In this document: piece after piece, positions 49,701-54,953 of the stretch
Layout: the number at the start of each line of letters is the position of its first letter
How positions within the stretch are numbered: position 1 is the stretch's first letter
Assembly: GCA_048941605.1 (NCBI GenBank)
Contig: JBHLNL010000007.1
Location: forward strand, 1-54,953
Direction: 5' to 3'
Length of the DNA: 54,953 nt
Origin: Promethearchaeota archaeon
Lineage (GTDB): Archaea > Asgardarchaeota > Lokiarchaeia > Sigyniarchaeales > SOKP01
Notes under the pieces: generated by a model
Told to the model about the DNA's origin: nothing
What the model saw: the letters and a program-made list of their open reading frames with translations, nothing else
The model's database searches: none
Made by a program: the position numbers and the translations under genes

Positions 49701-50414
49701 ATGCCACTTGTAAATCATGATATAAGTAAGAAAGAAAGAGAAAAGGAAAAAGATAGATATCGAGTTAAATTTAAAAATCTACTATGTATTAGATGTGAAT
49801 CAACTGATAATGTTATACCTTATCTCTATAAAGGAATATTTAGAACTAGCGATGTGATACAAGGAAAGTTAGTTAGAAATAAGCGCAAAGATGACTGTAT
49901 TGTACCTGTATGTACTAAATGCTCTGATTATTTTAAAAAATGGAAAATCCTAAGAAAATCATTAATTATTCCTTTTATTTTATTAGGACTTTTTATACTT
50001 GGCTTCTGTCAATATTTAGTTTTTGAGCAACGCGAATCTTGTAATGCGTGGTGTGAAGGAATGGTTGTTTATCCTCCATGTGGTGAATGGATATGCTTAG
50101 ACCAATTTTATATAATTTTGGGAAGTGCTATAATTCTGACTGCTATAGCGTTTATTTATAAAGGAATAGTTAGAGTATTAGAGAAAAAAGATAAAAATCC
50201 TGATTTATTCATAAGAATAAATGAACACAAAAAGGTTATGGTAAAACCTATAAGTGCTCGACATTGGATATATTATAATCGTCTCATCAAACTTTTTAAG
50301 AAACCACCTTATTTTTGCATACAGTGCCAATGTGATCATTTTCATGGTCAAATCTATCAAGATCATGTGAATTTTGCAGATAAAATAAAGAGTCGTCTGT
50401 CTAACTACTTCTAA
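49701..50414 (+). CDS. Hypothetical 2-TM protein with multiple Cys/His clusters
   Basis: CIRC..VPVCTKC, two TMs around a 4-Cys loop, C-terminal CIQC..H..YQDH. Confidence 0.7.
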   Translation: MPLVNHDISKKEREKEKDRYRVKFKNLLCIRCESTDNVIPYLYKGIFRTSDVIQGKLVRNKRKDDCIVPVCTKCSDYFKKWKILRKSLIIPFILLGLFILGFCQYLVFEQRESCNAWCEGMVVYPPCGEWICLDQFYIILGSAIILTAIAFIYKGIVRVLEKKDKNPDLFIRINEHKKVMVKPISARHWIYYNRLIKLFKKPPYFCIQCQCDHFHGQIYQDHVNFADKIKSRLSNYF

Positions 50415-50458
50415 ATTCAAGATTAATTAAGTAAAATATAGGTATTGCATAAGAATTA

Positions 50459-50647
50459 TTATCTTGTGCTTTGTATAAACTGCTTTTCTTTTTCATGTAT
50501 TTCTAGCCATTTTTTACATTCAGAACGTAGTTTAAAGAGGTGAATGTCCTTGAAAATCAAACCTTCTTCCTGAGGTGGGGTAATTCCTTCAAATCTTTCT
50601 TTTTCTGGAGTATAGATTAATGATTTGCCATTATCATTCTTGGAAAT
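50459..50647 (-). CDS. Possible small hypothetical protein without ATG, in frame after the ATL stop
   Basis: 67 open codons after the TAA at 50663; (I)SKNDNGKSLIYTPEKERFEGITPPQEEGLIFKDIHLFKLRSECKKWLEIHEKEK looks coding-like. Confidence 0.4.
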   Translation of the reverse strand: MSKNDNGKSLIYTPEKERFEGITPPQEEGLIFKDIHLFKLRSECKKWLEIHEKEKQFIQSTR

Positions 50648-50662
50648 TATAAGGATGATTTC

Positions 50663-51007
50663 TTATTCTGACATATCTCCAAAAGTTTCACCCTTCCATA
50701 AATACTCTTTAAGATCTATTTTAAAGCCATCCTCCACTTTTATTCCTTCATGTTCTAATAGAAGTTTTTGGTACTCACAATCGTCAACAGATTTCATAGA
50801 AATGATTCCCTTTGAGCTAATAACGCGATGCCAAGGAAGATTATATTTTTTTGTTGATGAATGTAAAATCCATGAGACTTGTCTAGCAGCTCTAGGATTT
50901 CCTGCTAATTTTGCTACAAAACCATAAGTAAGTACTTTCCCTTTTGGAATACTTTGAATAATTTGAATAATTCTTTGTGTAAAATCAGTAGGGATGAAAT
51001 TCACCAT
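50663..51007 (-). CDS. Alkyltransferase-like protein (ATL/YbaZ; MGMT family without active Cys)
   Basis: IPKGKVLTYG, AARQV and PWHRV instead of PCHRV. Confidence 0.9.
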   Translation of the reverse strand: MVNFIPTDFTQRIIQIIQSIPKGKVLTYGFVAKLAGNPRAARQVSWILHSSTKKYNLPWHRVISSKGIISMKSVDDCEYQKLLLEHEGIKVEDGFKIDLKEYLWKGETFGDMSE

Positions 51008-51026
51008 ATTAAATTTTTAGAAGAAA

Positions 51027-52373
51027 TTATATTTTACGTTGATAATCATGTTCAATTCTTTTTGCTTCGATGTATAATTCTTCTAATTTAACTTTATTTA
51101 ATTCTTTTGTCTCAAAAATGAGGTGATTACAATCATATTTCCTAAAATCACTTTCATATATCTTGATACCAAAATATTCCTTATCATCCCATAAACGAGA
51201 TCCTGGGTAAGGTGTTGCTATGAAATAATTTAATTCATCGTGATTGTCGAATGGTAATGATTTAATGTAGTCTATAGTTTCATAAAAGCTATATTCTGTT
51301 TCACCTGGTAAACCTAACACAAAATAGGCTTGAATAGCAATATTATGTTCTTTTAAATTAATAATTCCCTGCCTTACTTGTTCTGGATCTTGATATTTGA
51401 AATTAGTTTTAAGAACAGTTACGTTTGCAGACTCAATACCTGTTGCAATCAATTTACATCCCGCTTCTTTCAGTAATCGAGCTTCTTCTGTGCTGATTGT
51501 ATCTACTCGAAGTTCACATCCCCAAGGAATATCTATTTTGTTTTCTATAAACATTTTGCAGAAGTTTCTAAAGAATTCTTTATTAATATTAACGTTATCA
51601 TAAAAATTGATGTGAGTATAGGTCTGTAATGATTGAATTTCTCTAATTTCTTCTAAAATTGAATTAATGGGTCGAATTCTCGTTGTTTTGAATAGATTTT
51701 GCCGTGAACAAAATGAACATTGATTAGGACAACCCCTATTTACAATTATATTTGCGACTGAATAATAATAGTTTTCTTGTGTTAATTTATAACGAGCCGG
51801 TAAAGGTAAATTTCCTAGATTTATATTGTCATATGTCTGGTTAACGTATAGTTCTCCCTTTGAATTAATATAAGCAATCCCATTTATACTATTAAGTTGT
51901 TTTTCATAAGTGGCCAAGCTTATTCCGTTTTGTATCTGTGATTTTAGAATTTTGATAAGATGTAGAAAGCTGTTCTCTGCTTCTCCAATACATATAAAAT
52001 CGATTAAATTTTCTCTTCTTTCGTCATCCTTAAGAATTTGGTCATATATAAAAGAGACATGTGGACCTCCTAATATTACATAATTATCATTTTTCTGAGA
52101 TTTAATAATCCTTGCGATATTGAGAGCTAGATGAAAAGTATTTGTTAGAGACGTAATACCAAATATTCTATAGCCTTGAATTCTTTCTTTAATTACATTT
52201 TCGAACTCAGTCTCATTTAAATCAATAAATTGTTCTAGATCTAGGAGATCAACGGGCAAATCATTTAGATCTAAAATAGCTGCTAGATATAACAAACCTA
52301 AATTTGGTTCTCTAAAAAATTGTGATCGAACTTCTGAAGGTTTTGAAGTTCGAGGATTAATTAGGAGTATCAT
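51027..52373 (-). CDS. B12-binding-domain radical SAM protein
   Basis: LGLLYLAA, LGGPH, GEAE, NRGCPNQCSFC, GIES, GLPGET and PYPGS. Confidence 0.92.
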   Translation of the reverse strand: MILLINPRTSKPSEVRSQFFREPNLGLLYLAAILDLNDLPVDLLDLEQFIDLNETEFENVIKERIQGYRIFGITSLTNTFHLALNIARIIKSQKNDNYVILGGPHVSFIYDQILKDDERRENLIDFICIGEAENSFLHLIKILKSQIQNGISLATYEKQLNSINGIAYINSKGELYVNQTYDNINLGNLPLPARYKLTQENYYYSVANIIVNRGCPNQCSFCSRQNLFKTTRIRPINSILEEIREIQSLQTYTHINFYDNVNINKEFFRNFCKMFIENKIDIPWGCELRVDTISTEEARLLKEAGCKLIATGIESANVTVLKTNFKYQDPEQVRQGIINLKEHNIAIQAYFVLGLPGETEYSFYETIDYIKSLPFDNHDELNYFIATPYPGSRLWDDKEYFGIKIYESDFRKYDCNHLIFETKELNKVKLEELYIEAKRIEHDYQRKI

Positions 52374-53187
52374 TTTGAAGGTTATATTCGTCTTTTTTGT
52401 TTTTTTCTTCTTCTAATTTTTTAGGAATCTGAAATGCTTTAATTAAATTTTTCATAGAGCCCGGTTTTTTGAATTTTTCCTCCTGAATAACTGGTATTTC
52501 AATTTTAAAAGTAGGGGATTCATCATCCTTGTTAATATATAACTCAATACCCTGAATATTACGCTCTTTTATAATAAGTCGAGTAGAATAATTATGATCT
52601 TGAAAAAAAGTAAAACCATTATTTAATCTCCCCAATTTTATTGGTTTTAGTATAGTTTTTTCTTCTTTTAAAAAAGATTCTGTAATTTCTTCATCCGTAA
52701 ATATTGTCCCTCCGATTATTGTGAACCTTTTAGTTAGTTCATCAGGGTGAGGAAATTGATCAATATATTCAAATGCCTTATTTATGTTCGGATTTGAAAC
52801 TGATATATTATCAGCATACTTATCTGGAGTGGGTTCTGGAAAATCTTTTTTTTCAATTGGTTTTGCTCTTCCGCCTCCAACATGTTTCTCTAATAATTCT
52901 TGAAATTCATGATCTTCTTTTGAATACATATTTAATGGATACACTCTATAAAATAATCTTAATTGCTGTCTTAACTTACCAGCTAAAATACCTCCATATA
53001 TTTGAATTTTAAAAGAACTCTTTGGACCATTATACGCCCAAATTCTCTTAGTGTCGTGATCCACCAGCAAATACACTTTATCTATGTTAGTATCATTTAT
53101 TATATCGCCTACTACCTGTCCTTGAACTATTTCTCGCGATTCCATATAGGGGAATTCTGGTAATTCAACTATTTCAAATATTTGCAT
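52357..53187 (-). CDS. Protein with a degenerate N-terminal gelsolin-like domain plus an unknown domain
   Basis: DKVYLLVDHDTKRIWAYNGPKSS...EDHEFQELL follows the gelsolin repeat pattern. Confidence 0.6.
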   Translation of the reverse strand: MQIFEIVELPEFPYMESREIVQGQVVGDIINDTNIDKVYLLVDHDTKRIWAYNGPKSSFKIQIYGGILAGKLRQQLRLFYRVYPLNMYSKEDHEFQELLEKHVGGGRAKPIEKKDFPEPTPDKYADNISVSNPNINKAFEYIDQFPHPDELTKRFTIIGGTIFTDEEITESFLKEEKTILKPIKLGRLNNGFTFFQDHNYSTRLIIKERNIQGIELYINKDDESPTFKIEIPVIQEEKFKKPGSMKNLIKAFQIPKKLEEEKNKKDEYNLQNDTPN

Positions 53188-53322
53188 AAAGGAGTATCCA
53201 TTAATTTCTTATATAATTTTAATAGGTAATTCATTAAAATAAATTTCATTATCAAAAAATTTTTATGAAAATATACATTTTAGAAGTTAATCTTGCTTTT
53301 TTAAGTTCGATATTGATGCATC

Positions 53323-53721
53323 GTGAGTTCAGAAAAAATTGTCTATAAATTGAATATCAGTGGCGGGAATGAAGGCCCTGGAAAAGGATTATCCAAACTA
53401 ATTGAGATTGATGAGAAGAAATTTCGATTTGAGGGGATGAAAATTGGTGATATCATTAAAGGTGGTGTTATAGGATTTCCTAATTATGAATTTAAAATTA
53501 CAGGGGGCAGCGATTCAAGCGGATTTCCGATGAGGAAGGATGTACACGGCCCAGTTAAGAAAAGGATTCTTGTTTCAAAAAGAAGCATAGGTTACAAACC
53601 CCAGAGAAATGGAGAAAAACGAAGGAAAACTGTTCGAGGTAATGAAATATCTCATGACATGACATTAATTAACTTGAGAGTCATAAAATATGGGGAAGCT
53701 GAACTATTCAAGACGGAATAA
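53323..53721 (+). CDS. rps6e: Ribosomal protein S6e
   Basis: KITGGSDSSGFPM and GEKRRKTVRGN. Confidence 0.96.
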   Translation: MSSEKIVYKLNISGGNEGPGKGLSKLIEIDEKKFRFEGMKIGDIIKGGVIGFPNYEFKITGGSDSSGFPMRKDVHGPVKKRILVSKRSIGYKPQRNGEKRRKTVRGNEISHDMTLINLRVIKYGEAELFKTE

Positions 53722-53749
53722 AATCAAATAAAACCCAAGATTGATAATA

Positions 53750-53932
53750 ATGGTCAAAGTAAAAAAATGTAGTTTCTGTGGTTATGATATTCCTATTGGA
53801 AGAGGGATAATGTTTGTTAAAAGAGATGGCACAGTCTTAAACTTTTGTGCTAATAAATGCCGAAAATCGATGCTTGATTACAATAAAAAAGCAAGAAAGA
53901 CCAGATGGACTAATTACTACGGAAAACAATAA
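53750..53932 (+). CDS. rpl24e: Ribosomal protein L24e
   Basis: CSFCG.DI..GRG.MFV..DG...FC..KC and WT. Confidence 0.96.
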   Translation: MVKVKKCSFCGYDIPIGRGIMFVKRDGTVLNFCANKCRKSMLDYNKKARKTRWTNYYGKQ

Positions 53933-53980
53933 TTATTTCTATTCTTATTTAAGTTTACTAGCTTTTTAAAAACCGTTTAA

Positions 53981-54181
53981 TTATTGTAAGCGAGGAAATT
54001 TAAGCAGTTCATCAATCAAATCTACATGTCCCACTATCATTCTTTCACAGCAGAATCTTTTAATTCCAAGCTCTTTAAAAGCTTTTTCTGAAGTTTCACC
54101 CTTTTCTAACATTTCTAAGTAAGGTTTGTAAATATGAGCAATTAATTTACCGCAGCTAAAACATCTTATTGGTATAATCAA
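53981..54181 (-). CDS. rpo10: RNA polymerase subunit Rpo10 (N)
   Basis: MIIPIRCFSCGK..LGIKRFCCERM..HVD; TTG start. Confidence 0.96.
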   Translation of the reverse strand: MIIPIRCFSCGKLIAHIYKPYLEMLEKGETSEKAFKELGIKRFCCERMIVGHVDLIDELLKFPRLQ

Positions 54182-54504
54182 GTTATTTCCTCTTTCTTTT
54201 TCTAATTCTAGTAAATATTATTATAATTAATAAAAATATCTCTTATTATAGTTTATCAAATGAATTATATAAAAAAAATTTTTCCATTTTCCCTACTTCA
54301 TTAAAAAAAATTCTGAAATTGAGTAAAAGTTCATTCGTTTTAGAATGCAATTGGCTTATCTGGATTAAGATTAGTCTTTAATAAAATTTCTATAATGTAT
54401 TCGCATTAATATAGAATGAAAAAGGGTAAAGAGTTAAAATCAGCAAAAAAATTTTAATAGTAATCTTTGATCATTTTAATTACTAAAATCTAAGGTGAAA
54501 TCTT

Positions 54505-54953
54505 TTGATAAAAAAACCATTTCTATTCTTAATAGTATTAGTTCTATGTTGTTTAGGTTCAATTAACTCAATTACATTAATTGACACTTCTTTAAAAGGT
54601 GATGAAAATAACCTTTTAATTAATCAAATAACACCACCACCACCCACGATTATCTACGGTGCTAGTTCTAATCCCATTACTATTGATCCTGTTGATTGCT
54701 GGCATATTCCTTCAGCAAGCGTAATGTTTCAAGTCTGTGAGGGATTAGTCACCTACAATTTATCAGATCCAGATTATGGGATAATTCCTATGTTAGCGGA
54801 AGCATGGCATTGGCATAGCCCTACAGAAATATCTTTTAAGCTAAGACAGGGTGTAACATTTCACGATGGAACAGCTTTCAATGCTTCAAGCGTGATTTGG
54901 AACTTGGAAAGAATTACTTGGTTCTGTAATTATACTGGTACCCTTCAAGATAA
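54505..54953 (+). CDS. ABC transporter family 5 (OppA/DppA) substrate-binding protein, runs off the window end
   Basis: TTG start after AGGTGA; signal-like N-terminus; TIDP..QVCEGL..PMLAEAW..FKLRQGVTFHDGTAFNA. Confidence 0.88.
   Translation, partial: MIKKPFLFLIVLVLCCLGSINSITLIDTSLKGDENNLLINQITPPPPTIIYGASSNPITIDPVDCWHIPSASVMFQVCEGLVTYNLSDPDYGIIPMLAEAWHWHSPTEISFKLRQGVTFHDGTAFNASSVIWNLERITWFCNYTGTLQD

Noticed and set aside
2850-53012. Short ORFs in the track nested in or antisense to longer genes (e.g. 2850-3047, 3900-4085, 5893-6081, 6495-6749, 10961-11248, 17678-17983, 28260-28667, 42162-42638, 50625-50927, 52773-53012)
   Set aside because: Shadow frames of well-supported genes, with F/S/I-rich antisense composition and no motifs
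1-54953. rRNA, tRNA, CRISPR, transposase, integrase or viral genes
   Set aside because: No GC-rich structured RNA-like segment, repeat-spacer array or mobile-element motif was seen

Overview
Very AT-rich, gene-dense archaeal chromosomal window, most consistent with an Asgard archaeon (Lokiarchaeia-like). Archaeal housekeeping genes (proteasome beta, TFB, ProRS, S6e, L24e, Rpo10, Fae-Hps) are mixed with eukaryotic-signature-type proteins: two gelsolin-like proteins, longin and roadblock domains, a C4HC3 RING protein and an EMC3/TMCO1-family insertase. Metabolic genes cover glycerol-3-phosphate oxidation, lactate use, CoA chemistry, polyamine/hypusine synthesis and glycogen branching. No rRNA, tRNA, CRISPR array or mobile element was seen. 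The most notable observations are: (1) a PlsY acyltransferase domain fused to a CTP-dependent lipid-kinase domain, with altered PlsY motifs; (2) a two-domain gelsolin and a nearby small protein sharing a distinctive Zn-ribbon, around a long coiled-coil gene; (3) a surface protein and a transmembrane wHTH regulator sharing a paralogous ectodomain; (4) a TrmB-like regulator split by a ~520-aa helical arm with an aromatic/basic motif at its midpoint; (5) a catalytically dead proteasome beta subunit next to a RING E3 candidate. Several genes were missed or truncated by the ORF track because they are short or appear to use non-canonical start codons. All calls come from motif reading by eye; no database searches were run.
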